Shown piece by piece: positions 19,930-29,619 of a stretch of DNA of 64,000 bases (within the stretch, counting starts at the first letter, position 1; each line of letters starts with the position of its first letter). Source of the stretch: Alphaproteobacteria bacterium (lineage in GTDB: Bacteria > Pseudomonadota > Alphaproteobacteria > UBA828); NCBI GenBank assembly GCA_965237415.1, contig CBDEFM010000002.1, forward strand, positions 3,040,001 to 3,104,000, written 5' to 3'. The position numbers were made by a program, and so were the translations under genes. A model generated the notes under the pieces. That model was not told where the DNA came from, did not search any database, and saw only the letters and a program-made list of their open reading frames with translations.

Positions 19930-21273
19930 TTACAGAACGTCCTTCTGGACCGAGCCGTCCGGCCGGTGCAGGCCGTCGGCCTTGCAGACGCCGCGCTCGG
20001 GGTAGATCGCGTACGGATCCGGCCCGACATGCTCGTCGGCCTGGCGCACGATGGAGAACTGCCCGTCCGCACCGCACTGGCCGATCTTGGGCTTGAGCCA
20101 GATGTTGAAGTTTTCCGGGTCGATCCAGACCTTGCCCTCCGGGCTCTCCTCGTCGGTCAGCCCCACCGGGCCCTGATCGCGCCAGTTGCCGCTCACGTCG
20201 CGGATCATGCGTGGCGTGATCGCCTCCCAGTCGCCGCCGGTCTCCTCGAGCGCGCGCTCGACGCCCTTGGCCCAGATGAGGATGCCGAGATAGGTCTCCT
20301 CCATGTTGTAGTGGGTGACCCCGCCGCCGCCGTACTGGCTGGAGAGGTAGTTCTCCACGAAGGTCTGGTTGGTCGGGTTCTGGAGGGTCTGGAAATAGGG
20401 CGCGGACAGGAAGTGCCCGGCGCCGGCCTCGTTGCCCATCGCCCGGGTCTCGATCTCGCCGGTGGTGAGCGAGGCGATCGGCGTCTTGTCGGACTTGAAG
20501 CCTTCCTGCAGGAACTGCCGGTGCAGGGCGATGTCGGAATCGCCCACCACGGTCGACATGATCCAGTCAGGCTGCTGCTGGCGGATCTTGTTGAAGACCG
20601 GCGCGAACTCGGAGCCGCCGAGCGGGATGTAATCCTCGCCCGACACCTCGCCGCCGACCCGCTCGAGCCAGACCTTGACGTTCTTGTTGGACTCCTTCGG
20701 CCAGATGTAGTTGGAGCCCACGAGATAGGTCTTGGGGCCGAAATTCTCCACCATGAACGGCACCAGGTCGTAGGAGTGCTGGTTGGCGAGCGGCCCGGTG
20801 TTGATGATGTTCTGCATGCACTCCCGGCCTTCGTAGCAGGTCGGGTAGTAGTAGAGGTGGTCCCACTTCATGACGACCGGCATGACCGCGCGCCGGCTCG
20901 CCGAGGTGTAGCTGCCGTGCACCGACACCACGCGGTCCCTGAGGATGAGCTGCGTGATCTTCTCGGAATAGACCTTGATGTCGGACTTGGCGTCGACCAC
21001 CACGGGCTCGATCTGCTTGCCGGCGATGCCGCCTTCGGCATTGAGCTTGTCGATCGCGAACAGTGAGACCTGAGTTGAATCGTTCTCGACCACCGAGAGC
21101 ATGCCGGTCTGCGACCACAGCAGGCCGACCTTGATCGGCTCGTCGCTGTAGATCCAGGGCTTCGCACCCCAGGCCTGCCCGAAGTCCTTGACGTAGATAT
21201 GGGGGAAGGTGGCCGCGATGCCAGCCGTCCCCGCCAATGCTCCCTTGAGGATGGTACGCCGATTGACACGCAT
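19930..21273 (-). CDS. Amide/urea-family (UrtA/AmiC-like) periplasmic substrate-binding protein with Tat signal
   Basis: NRRTILK twin-arginine motif; IKVGLLWSQTG, YTSASRRAV, YPTCYEG, GSNYIWP. Confidence 0.9.
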   Translation of the reverse strand: MRVNRRTILKGALAGTAGIAATFPHIYVKDFGQAWGAKPWIYSDEPIKVGLLWSQTGMLSVVENDSTQVSLFAIDKLNAEGGIAGKQIEPVVVDAKSDIKVYSEKITQLILRDRVVSVHGSYTSASRRAVMPVVMKWDHLYYYPTCYEGRECMQNIINTGPLANQHSYDLVPFMVENFGPKTYLVGSNYIWPKESNKNVKVWLERVGGEVSGEDYIPLGGSEFAPVFNKIRQQQPDWIMSTVVGDSDIALHRQFLQEGFKSDKTPIASLTTGEIETRAMGNEAGAGHFLSAPYFQTLQNPTNQTFVENYLSSQYGGGGVTHYNMEETYLGILIWAKGVERALEETGGDWEAITPRMIRDVSGNWRDQGPVGLTDEESPEGKVWIDPENFNIWLKPKIGQCGADGQFSIVRQADEHVGPDPYAIYPERGVCKADGLHRPDGSVQKDVL

Positions 21274-21550
21274 ATCAGAGACCTCCCTTGGTTTCTCCCG
21301 ATGCTCGCATCCCCGAGGGGATGCGTACCGCCCGCCGTCGCGGCGATGGCCGGATGTATCCGTGCAGCGGAGCCGGGCGGTAGTTTCCCCCGATCAATAG
21401 CAATGTCAACATACGGCCTGCCTGATTTTGCATGGGTTGGCATCGGGAGCGGCGGTTGCGTTCTCATGGCGTGCTTGGAATGATGGCCCTGGCGGGCGCC
21501 GGCCGACGGCGACGACGACTGTAGAATCGGCGGCAAGGAGGGCTGCGGAC

Positions 21551-21682
21551 ATGCATCCGAAGACCAAGCGCGTCCTTCAGCTCTGCGCCGACAACGTGTT
21601 CTGGGTGTTCCTGGCCCTGATGATCATTCTCGGCACTGCCCTGGAAACGCCGCTGATCAACGTCGGACTGACGGCCCGCTGA
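21551..21682 (+). CDS. Small (43 aa) membrane protein
   Basis: RBS AAGGAGG; MHPKTKRVLQLCADNVFWVFLALMIILGTALETPLINVGLTAR. Confidence 0.5.
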   Translation: MHPKTKRVLQLCADNVFWVFLALMIILGTALETPLINVGLTAR

Positions 21683-21770
21683 GCGCGGCACGCGACAGCA
21701 GGGGCAAGAGCCGGCGCACCGCCACGCGGACCGAGAGGCGCCCTATCGCCCGCATCCGACGAGGGGCAGG

Positions 21771-23057
21771 ATGAACCGGCGAGCGAGACGACGGCAGTCG
21801 GCTGCAAGTGCCGGTGATGCCCGCACGAACAATCCGGGCACGGCCCACGCGGACGTCCTGGCCCGCGCGGCGCGCCACATGAAGGAGGGTCGCCCTCAGA
21901 GGGCGGACCAGCTCCTCTTCAGGCTGTTGGCGGGGGACGGGGCGGCTGATCCGAGCGTCCTGCATTATGCCGGCGTCGCTCGCTACCGGTGCAGTCGCTT
22001 CGACGAGGCGGCTGTGCTGCTGCGCAAGGCGACCGAGGCGGCGCCGACCTACGCCGAGGCGCACAACAGTCTCGGCATCCTCCTCCTCGAGACCGGACGG
22101 ACAGCCGAGGCCCGCGCCGCGCTGGAGCGTGCCGTCGCCCTCCGCCCCGACTACGCCAACGCCCACACCAATCTCGGCAACGCGCTCAGCGCGGCCGGCG
22201 CGGGGGAAGAAGCGGCAGCGGCCTACCGCAAGGCCATCGCTCTCGACCCCTACGATCTGCAGGCGCATCACCGGCTGGCGCGGACTCATCTCACCCTCGG
22301 CGCGGTGGACCGTGCCCTCGACGCGTGCGCCGCTGCGCTTGCCATCGCTCCCTTCTGCCAGAACGCGCTGGCGACCCGCGCTCTGGCCGAACAGATCGGA
22401 GGCAATCGCGACGCCGGATGCCGGCTCTACGACTTCGACCGCTTCGTCACCCGGGTCTCCCTCGCCCCGCCGCCCGGCAGTGGCGACATCGAGGCCTTCA
22501 ACGCGGCGCTGGCGACGGCCGTGCGCGAGGCGCCCTCTCTCGTCTGGGAACCGCCCAACCGCGTAACCCGCAACGGCGCCGTGACCCAGGATTTGCTGGC
22601 CGCACCGAGCCCGCCCATCCGCAACCTGGAGCGCGCGCTGCGTGCCGCGATCGACCGCTATCGGGAGACGCTGATGCCCGAAGAGGCGAGCCCCTTCCTC
22701 TCCCGCATTCCGCGCCGCTACCGGCTCACGCTCATCGCCTCGATCCTGAAGGCGGGCGGGCGGCATCCGCCGCACGTCCACGAGGGCGCGTGGCTGAGCG
22801 GTGTCTACTACGTCGCGGTACCGGACCATATCGGCGCGGGCGGCGGGGACAACACCGGTGGGGGCCGGGGCGGCTGGCTCGAGTTCGGCCGGCCCGACCA
22901 CGACCTGCCCGAGGGAAGCGCCTTCCGCTGCATCAGCCACCCGCCGCGCACCGGCACGGCGCTGCTCTTCCCGTCCTACGTCTTCCACGGGACGATCCCC
23001 TTCGAGGGACCGGGCGAGCGTATCGGTATCGCCTTCGACGCCTATCCCGAGCCGTGA
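21771..23057 (+). CDS. TPR-repeat protein with C-terminal putative 2OG-Fe(II) oxygenase domain
   Basis: TPR units (AEAHNSLG, ANAHTNLG); HVH..AWLSGVYYV, LFPSYVFHGTIPF, RIGIAFD. Confidence 0.85.
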   Translation: MNRRARRRQSAASAGDARTNNPGTAHADVLARAARHMKEGRPQRADQLLFRLLAGDGAADPSVLHYAGVARYRCSRFDEAAVLLRKATEAAPTYAEAHNSLGILLLETGRTAEARAALERAVALRPDYANAHTNLGNALSAAGAGEEAAAAYRKAIALDPYDLQAHHRLARTHLTLGAVDRALDACAAALAIAPFCQNALATRALAEQIGGNRDAGCRLYDFDRFVTRVSLAPPPGSGDIEAFNAALATAVREAPSLVWEPPNRVTRNGAVTQDLLAAPSPPIRNLERALRAAIDRYRETLMPEEASPFLSRIPRRYRLTLIASILKAGGRHPPHVHEGAWLSGVYYVAVPDHIGAGGGDNTGGGRGGWLEFGRPDHDLPEGSAFRCISHPPRTGTALLFPSYVFHGTIPFEGPGERIGIAFDAYPEP

Positions 23058-23157
23058 GGTTGAAGACAATGAACAGAGCGCATCCCACTTAATCCACGAG
23101 ATGGAGTGGGTCCACGGGGTCAGGCGAGGGACGAGCCTGTTAGGAAGCCCGGCGTCG

Positions 23158-23435
23158 TCAGGAGCGGCTCTGCTTGAGCCGATAGAATTTGCCCACCACC
23201 ACCTTGATATGGACGTGGTGGGCGATGCGGTCGGGAATTACACCAATGGGGCGCTCGCTGGATGAGATCAAGGTCCATTCTTGGCTCGGCAGATTAGAGG
23301 TGACCTTGGTTGCGCCGCGCTCGTAGCACTGGATAAGGATTTCGAATAGACACTCGCTTCCGATCTGCGATAGCGGGAAATAGTCATGTTCGTCGATGAT
23401 GAGAAGTCTGGCGTTGGCGAGGTCGGCTTGGAGGA
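23158..23435 (-). pseudogene. Degenerate IS21 IstB C-terminal fragment
   Basis: LLIIDE..YFPLS...LFE....YERGA..VTSNLP..EW...DR..HHVHI....G..YRLKQS. Confidence 0.7.
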
Positions 23436-23473
23436 GAAACAGTTTTCTGTCTTCCCGTGTACGCCGTATCGGA

Positions 23474-24188
23474 GTACGCCTCCGGTGAAGACCGCACCTC
23501 CCGTGGGTTGCATTCGCCATGATTTTGGTGATCGGCGGCTGGCCGGCGGGGTGGTTGTCGGGAGTTGGCGGGCCGCCAGAGATTGAAGGTTATGCGGCCA
23601 AGGCCTGTTGCCGGTCGGCCTTCCAGGACCAGGGCAGGAGTTCTTGCAGACGGGTCTGCGGCAGGTCGGCGATACGGTCGAGGACATCGGCGAGCCAGGC
23701 CTGCGGATCGACGTCGTTGAGCTTCGCGGTGCCGATGAGCGTGTACATGACAGCGGCCCGCACGCCCCCGCGGTCGGAGCCGGCGAACAGCCACGATTTG
23801 CGTCCGAGACAGATGCCGCGCAGCGCCCGCTCGGCAGCGTTGTTCTTAAGGCAGATGCGGCCGTCGTCGAGGAAGCGCGCGAAGCTGCCCCAGCGCTTCA
23901 GCATATAATCCATGGCCTTGGCCGCCGAGGCGTGACGCGAGAGCCCGGCGCGCTCCATGCGCATCCAGTCCTCAAGTTCCGCGACCAGCGGCACGCTCCG
24001 CTCGCGGCGCACCGCATGCCGATGCCTGGCGGGCTTGCCGTTGATCTCGCGCTCGATGTCGAACAGCGCGTCGATCCGCTTCACGGCCTCCAGCGCCAGC
24101 GGCGAGATCGGCGGCGCGCGCTTGCCGCGCCTCTTGCCCGCCGCGATGTCGGCAAGCTCGTAGAACTTGCGCCGGCCGTGGGCCCAGC
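23474..24188 (-). mobile_element. IS66-family remnant (terminal end plus tnpC 3' part), interrupted by a group II intron
   Basis: Terminal-like GTACGCCTCCGGTGAAGACCGC at 23474; tnpC fragment adjacent. Confidence 0.75.
23590..24188 (-). pseudogene. IS66 transposase TnpC C-terminal fragment
   Basis: WAHGRRKF, NNAAERALRGICLGRKSWLFAGS, LIGTAKLNDVDPQAWL, LLPW. Confidence 0.88.
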
Positions 24189-24796
24189 TAGCGACAGGGT
24201 AAGCCCTGGAAAGGGGGATGACATGAACTGAAACCTTTCGTTGCGACCCAGCGGGTTCGACTCCCGCCCGGCAAAGGCGCAGCCCGCCAGCCGGAAGCGA
24301 GTCTTGCATGGCGTGCGGCAACGCCCGTCGTGAAGCGTAGACAGCGTGTGGTGAAGCGGCTCGGTAAGCCTCGAAATCATGGAGACCGACGACGCCCTTG
24401 GTGTGTTGGGCCTGGGGGCAGCACCGGAAGCACCGCGACAGGCGAGGTGCAACGGGTCGTCCGGGGTCTTGGAAAGACGCAGAGCCACGGGAAGGGTCGC
24501 CAGGGAACCTGTGAGGTCCTGTTCTTGCTCATGAGGGAAACCGCTGGAAGGGGACGGCCAGCGTGACCAACAAAGACCCCGGCCCGGTGATCGGCCTGCA
24601 AGTCGCCGGGAGCGCGCGAGCGGACACAAAGAAGCAGGAACCCATGGACCCGGCTGGCGAAACCATAAGCCGAAGGGCATGCGGAGCAGGAAGTCGTAGC
24701 GCCTTCATAGTACCGCTGACGGCGGGGAACCGTGGCCATCGGGACCCGTCCGAGGAAAGGGAGGCGTCACATGTCCAGACCCACTGATGGGAAACG

Positions 24797-26119
24797 ATGG
24801 AGGAGACACTGAGCTCCACGACCACGTCAACGAAACAGCAGTGGATAGCCGAACAGGCGAGGGAGCACCCGGAACGGGTGTTCACGTCCCTGCACCACCT
24901 GATCGACGGCGAATGGATGCGTGAAGCGTATCGCCGGACGCGCAAGGATGGGGCGACAGGCATCGACGGCGTGACCGCTGCCGACTACGAAAAGGATCTG
25001 GAGGCCAACCTCGAAAGCCTGCTGAACCGGATCAAGTCGGGCAGCTACCGCGCGCCGCCGGTGCGCCGCCACTACATCCCGAAGGCGGATGGAACGAGAC
25101 GCCCTCTCGGCATCCCGACGTTCGAAGACAAGGTGGCGCAGCGGGCGATCCTGATGATGCTGGAGCCGATCTACGAGGCGGGCTTTCTGCCCTGCTCGTA
25201 CGGCTTTCGGCCCGGACGCTCGGCCCATGACGCCCTGAAAGCGCTGCGGACAGGCTTCATGGAGCAGGGCTGCCGCTGGGTGATCGATGCCGATATCGCG
25301 AAGTACTTCGACAGCATCGACCACGGACACCTCCGGTCATTCCTCGACCTGCGGATCAAGGATGGCGTCGTGCGACGCATGATCGACAAGTGGCTGAAGG
25401 CTGGGGTGCTCGAAGGGGAGAGCCTCCGCCGGACGGAAACGGGCACTCCTCAGGGCGGGGTGATCTCGCCGCTGCTCTCGAACGTTTTCCTGCACCATGT
25501 GCTGGATGTCTGGTTCGAGCGCGTGGCGAAACCGCGCCTCAAGGGCCGCTGCCTGCTCGTCCGGTACGCCGACGATGCAGTGTTGACCTTTGAAGACCAT
25601 CTCAGCGGCAGGCGCATGCTTGCCGCGCTGGCGAAGCGTCTCGGTCGCTACGGGCTCACGCTCCACAAGACCAAGACGCGCTTTGTCGACTTCCGGTTCA
25701 AGCGTCCGCGCGGGCGGCACCCGACAACCGTGGGCACGACGTTCGACTTCCTCGGCTTCACCCATGTCTGGGGCAAGTCGAGACGAGGTAAGGACGTCGT
25801 TCGCCAGATCACGGCCAAGGGCCGCTATGCCCGTGCGCTGCGAGCGGTCTGGGAGTGGTGCAAGCGACACCGGCACTGGCGGCTCGCGGACCAGCACGCG
25901 CATCTCTCTCGCGTGCTCCGTGGGCACTACGCCTATTACGGTCTGACGGGCAACAACAAACGCATCCGGTGGTTCCTGAAACGGGTCATCTTGACCTGGA
26001 AGCGGTGGCTCGCCCGCCGCGGCCAGAAAGGATGGTTCACTTGGGAACAGATGGAGGCGATCCTCGCTCGGTATCCGCTGCCGCCGGCCCGGATCGTTCA
26101 TAAATTGCCAGCCCCGTGA
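24797..26119 (+). CDS. ltrA: Group II intron reverse transcriptase/maturase (no endonuclease domain)
   Basis: GIDG, IPKADG..RPLGIP, SYGFRPGRS, DADI..YFD, GTPQGGVISPLLSN, RYADD, FDFLGF, maturase domain. Confidence 0.95.
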   Translation: MEETLSSTTTSTKQQWIAEQAREHPERVFTSLHHLIDGEWMREAYRRTRKDGATGIDGVTAADYEKDLEANLESLLNRIKSGSYRAPPVRRHYIPKADGTRRPLGIPTFEDKVAQRAILMMLEPIYEAGFLPCSYGFRPGRSAHDALKALRTGFMEQGCRWVIDADIAKYFDSIDHGHLRSFLDLRIKDGVVRRMIDKWLKAGVLEGESLRRTETGTPQGGVISPLLSNVFLHHVLDVWFERVAKPRLKGRCLLVRYADDAVLTFEDHLSGRRMLAALAKRLGRYGLTLHKTKTRFVDFRFKRPRGRHPTTVGTTFDFLGFTHVWGKSRRGKDVVRQITAKGRYARALRAVWEWCKRHRHWRLADQHAHLSRVLRGHYAYYGLTGNNKRIRWFLKRVILTWKRWLARRGQKGWFTWEQMEAILARYPLPPARIVHKLPAP

Positions 26120-26137
26120 GCGAAACTGGCATGTGAG

Positions 26138-26170
26138 GAACCGCATGCGGGAAATCTGCTCGTCCGGGTC
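26138..26170 (+). ncRNA. Group II intron catalytic domain V
   Basis: GAACCGCATGCGGGAAATCTGCTCGTCCGGGTC hairpin with GAAA loop just after the RT stop. Confidence 0.8.
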
Positions 26171-26176
26171 TGCGAG

Positions 26177-26278
26177 GGGAGGGGCTCGGCAAATATGCCG
26201 ACATTCAGAATATGCCACGTTGACAGCTCAAGCCGTTGATTCGTCTGGCTGCCACGCGGGCGATGTCGGCATATTCAC
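26177..26278. repeat. RIT left inverted repeat
   Basis: Reverse complement of 29620-29721 with 2 mismatches in 102 bp. Confidence 0.9.
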
Positions 26279-27270
26279 AGCCCTTTCAGGAACCCGAGCA
26301 AGGCGTCGGACGGACGGTACCGACCAGACGGCGTGTCGACTGGCCTCGTCCTTGCCATTGCCTTTTCCTTGATTCTCAGATCGGCGTGGAGATAGATCCG
26401 CGTCGTCTCGACGGATTCATGGCCAAGCCACAATGCGATGACGGCGCTGCCAACGCCCCGCTGAAGAAGCTCCATTGCCGCGGAGTGTCGCAAGCAGTGC
26501 GGGCTCAGCCGCTTGCGCTTCAGCGTCTGGCAGCGGTCGGATGCGAGTGCCACGTACTTGCGGACAATCCGCTCGACCGCGTCGCGGCTGAGGCGTGTGC
26601 TCCGGTTGCTCTCGAACAGCGGCTGGTCCCCCGCCGCCGAACGCTCATCGAGCCAGTCCCGGAGCACCTTCACCGTATCCGCCCTGAGCGGGGTCGTGCG
26701 CGCCTTGCGCCCCTTACCCCGGCACGCGACATGGGCGCCTTGCCCGAGGTCCACATCACCGCAGTCGAGACCGATCAGCTCCGATACCCTGAGGCCGGTC
26801 TGAACGCAGAGAAGTAGCAGGGCACGGTCGCGTCGGCCGTACCAGGTCGCGAGGTCCGGGGCGGCGAGGAGCGCCTCGATCTCATCCCGGTCGAGATATT
26901 CAACCGTGCGCTTCTCGCAGCGCTTTGCGGGCATTGCGAGTACCTCTTGGCAGTGGTGCAGGAGCCGTGGTTCGGTCAGGGAGACGAACTTGAAGAACGA
27001 GCGGATCGCCGTCAGCCGGGTGTTGCGGCTGCGGGCACTGTTGCCGCGCCCGCTCTCGAGGGAACCCAGGAACCGCCCGATAAGCTCGGCATCGATGTCG
27101 GTGAGCAGAAGATCGGTTGGCTGCCGGTCGAGACCACTGCAAGCGAACAGCAAGAGCAGCATGAAGGTGTCGCGATAACTTGCCACCGTGTTGGGGCTGG
27201 CGCCGAGTTGACTCTCGAGGCGCTCAGTGAAGAAGCGCTGGACGAACAGGGGAAGTGGGTGCGCCGTCAT
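26275..27270 (-). CDS. Tyrosine recombinase, RitC-like
   Basis: ASPNTVASYRDTF, TGLRVSEL, GKGRK, SPHCLRHSAAM, LWLGHES..TT..Y. Confidence 0.92.
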   Translation of the reverse strand: MTAHPLPLFVQRFFTERLESQLGASPNTVASYRDTFMLLLLFACSGLDRQPTDLLLTDIDAELIGRFLGSLESGRGNSARSRNTRLTAIRSFFKFVSLTEPRLLHHCQEVLAMPAKRCEKRTVEYLDRDEIEALLAAPDLATWYGRRDRALLLLCVQTGLRVSELIGLDCGDVDLGQGAHVACRGKGRKARTTPLRADTVKVLRDWLDERSAAGDQPLFESNRSTRLSRDAVERIVRKYVALASDRCQTLKRKRLSPHCLRHSAAMELLQRGVGSAVIALWLGHESVETTRIYLHADLRIKEKAMARTRPVDTPSGRYRPSDALLGFLKGL

Positions 27271-28217
27271 GATCCCTCTCCCTCCCTGAAGGCGTGTTCC
27301 GCGCGTTCACTGGCCAGCTTCAGGAGTTCCGGCACGGCCTCGATGTACCACCAGGTCCCGGCAGGGTTGGCGTGGCCCAGATAGGTGCTGAGCTTGTACA
27401 TCTCGCGGTCGGGATCGCGTCCCTGCCGGAACCAGTCGAGAATGGTCTTTGAGGCAAAGCTGTGTCGCAGGTCATGCAACCGGGGACCGAGGCCGTGATA
27501 GTTCTCGATCTGCTTTTGCCGGAGACCGATCTTCTGGCCGACCCGGGCGAAGTTGCGCTGTGCTGCAAGCAATCTCAACCGCCGTCCGTTCTCGCCGGCG
27601 AAGAACGCGGCGGTGGTGCTGGATTCGAGGATCCGGTCCCGGGCAGCGCGGTATTCGCCGAGATAGCGGTTGGTGCAATCCGTGACGGGAACGAAGCGGT
27701 CTTTGCCGTTCTTTCCGTGCCTGACGTGCAGGACGGCCGCGTCGACATCGACATCCCCGTCGTCAAGACCGATAGCTTCGCCGATCCGCATCCCGGTGAC
27801 CGCGAGCAGGCCGAAGAGCGTCGCGCAGGTCACGCTCCGAAGTCCCAGGCGCGAGGGCAGCGCTGCCGCTTCTGTCACGATCCGGACAATCTCGTCGTCG
27901 GAGTAGATATAGGGCCTAGGGCGCCGATAACGTTTCGGTACCAGCCCCTTGGGTGGGATTTCGGTGCGCGGGTCACTATTCGTGAGCCAAACCGCGAAGC
28001 CGCGCACTGCGGACAGCCGGTCGGCCCAGGTGGCCGTGCTCGCCGAACCGAACGCGTCCTTCCATCTCAGGAACAGATTGACGGTGATCCACTCCGCACC
28101 CTCGGCATCGGCGAAGGCGGCGAACGGGCGCACTCTTTTGGCGGCGGTACTCCAGTCGCCGCCGCAGCGGCGGCGAAAGGCGATGTATTCTTCGAGGCGG
28201 CCCGTGAACGAGGTCAT
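27267..28217 (-). CDS. Tyrosine recombinase, RitB-like
   Basis: PYIYSD, TGMRIGEA, PRLHDLRHSFA, LSTYLGH....TWWY; ATGA overlaps at both ends. Confidence 0.92.
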   Translation of the reverse strand: MTSFTGRLEEYIAFRRRCGGDWSTAAKRVRPFAAFADAEGAEWITVNLFLRWKDAFGSASTATWADRLSAVRGFAVWLTNSDPRTEIPPKGLVPKRYRRPRPYIYSDDEIVRIVTEAAALPSRLGLRSVTCATLFGLLAVTGMRIGEAIGLDDGDVDVDAAVLHVRHGKNGKDRFVPVTDCTNRYLGEYRAARDRILESSTTAAFFAGENGRRLRLLAAQRNFARVGQKIGLRQKQIENYHGLGPRLHDLRHSFASKTILDWFRQGRDPDREMYKLSTYLGHANPAGTWWYIEAVPELLKLASERAEHAFREGEGS

Positions 28218-29473
28218 CGGACCGCTCCCGACACCGGCCACGGCCGCGCGACCGTCCGCAGGGCCTCGATGTCGTAGCGGGCGTAGATCGAGGTCGTCCT
28301 GAACGACCGGTGGCGCAGAACCTCGCCCACCTCGTCCAGCGACGCGCCACGGCCGAGCATGTCGACGGCCAGCGAGTGACGCAGCATGTGGCTCCGGACC
28401 TCGCCCCCGGGCGGCGTCAGAGCCGTCTTGGCGAAGGCCTCGTGAAGCACCCTGTTGATGATTTGCGAAGAAGCGAATGGTCTGTAGGGGGCCCTCCAGG
28501 TGACGAACAGGTGCCGTGATGTTCCCGCGCGGCCATCGAGTGCATAGGCGACAATCGCCTCGCCGACATCGGGGAGAAGCGGCATGCGATCATGCTGCCC
28601 GCCCTTGCCGCGGACCAGAAACTCCGACGCGGGCCAGTTGATGTCGTCGAGTCGGATCGCGACCACTTCCTCGGCGCGCAGGCCAAGCCGGGCCATCATG
28701 AGCAGCATCGCGTAGTTGCGCCGGCCGCGACCGTCGTCGTCGTGGATCGCGTCGATCAGTTTCCGCACCTCGACGGGCGGCAGATGGCGTGACAGGCCAC
28801 GCGCACGTGCTGCGGAGATCCGGGGGACGCCGAGGGGGACGAGATTCTGACGGATTCGGCGGGTCGCGTACAGGAACCTGAAGAGGCTGCGCAGGTGCGT
28901 CGCCCCGTCGCCTCGTCCGGATCCGCCCGTTTTCATCGGCGGCGCGTCAAGGAAGCTCAAAATGTCGTCAGGCGTGATGTCATTCAGTTGCCCAAGTGCC
29001 GCGCCGAAGCGGAAGGTCATGAAGCGCCTGAGAAAGCCCTGACGTTTCTTGATCGTTGTCTGGCCCAGTCCCTGCTGGTGACGCAGCCAGTCGCCGTACG
29101 TCGCGCAGAGATGCTCGAGCGACCCCGGTGCCGGGGGAGCCGGAGGCGTTGGCGGAGCAATCACGCCAGTATCTATGAGATGTGCGATGAACCGAGCGAT
29201 GCAGCCTTGCCGGCCGCGCTGTCCCTTGACCGACCGCAGTGTGGGAACCGCGTCCTGCAGTTCCGCGAGTACCGCCTCGTCGATTTCTTCGGCATCGAGA
29301 CCGCGTTCGGTGACCTGCTCGCAGAACAGGCCAATCGCGCGGCTGTGAGGTTCGATGGTACTCGCAGCATAATCGAGCCTGCCGAGTTCGCCGAGGTAGG
29401 CGTCACGGTGCCGTGTCAACCAATTAGCCTCGCCCGGCCCCTCATTGTGGTCATGATCGATACTCGAAGACAT
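28214..29473 (-). CDS. Tyrosine recombinase, RitA-like
   Basis: LGLRAEEV, GKGG, HMLRHSLA, VLRHRS..TTSIYA. Confidence 0.9.
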   Translation of the reverse strand: MSSSIDHDHNEGPGEANWLTRHRDAYLGELGRLDYAASTIEPHSRAIGLFCEQVTERGLDAEEIDEAVLAELQDAVPTLRSVKGQRGRQGCIARFIAHLIDTGVIAPPTPPAPPAPGSLEHLCATYGDWLRHQQGLGQTTIKKRQGFLRRFMTFRFGAALGQLNDITPDDILSFLDAPPMKTGGSGRGDGATHLRSLFRFLYATRRIRQNLVPLGVPRISAARARGLSRHLPPVEVRKLIDAIHDDDGRGRRNYAMLLMMARLGLRAEEVVAIRLDDINWPASEFLVRGKGGQHDRMPLLPDVGEAIVAYALDGRAGTSRHLFVTWRAPYRPFASSQIINRVLHEAFAKTALTPPGGEVRSHMLRHSLAVDMLGRGASLDEVGEVLRHRSFRTTSIYARYDIEALRTVARPWPVSGAVR

Positions 29474-29619
29474 GTTTCGCTCCTTTCACTTCGAGGTGAA
29501 TGGAGCGAGCAGCCATCAAAGACCAAAGACACGCAACCGCGGCTGACGCTTGCCGTTCAATGGATCAAGACGGACGGATGACGGGAACCGAGGCGAAAGG
29601 TCAGGAGTCAATCGGGCCC

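Larger units (their letters stand above)
24189..26192 (+). mobile_element. Group II intron (3' end disrupted by the RIT element)
   Basis: Starts TAGCGACAGG at the break in the tnpC CWAH motif; about 600 nt structured leader; RT ORF; domain V at 26138-26170; no complete domain VI or 3' end. Confidence 0.85.

Noticed and set aside
24251-24267. tRNA T-arm-like GCGGGTTCGACTCCCGC
   Set aside because: No acceptor, D or anticodon arms; it lies inside group II intron domain I
24797-26119. RT as retron, DGR or defence RT
   Set aside because: Maturase domain, downstream domain V and insertion into tnpC identify a group II intron; no TR/VR pair seen
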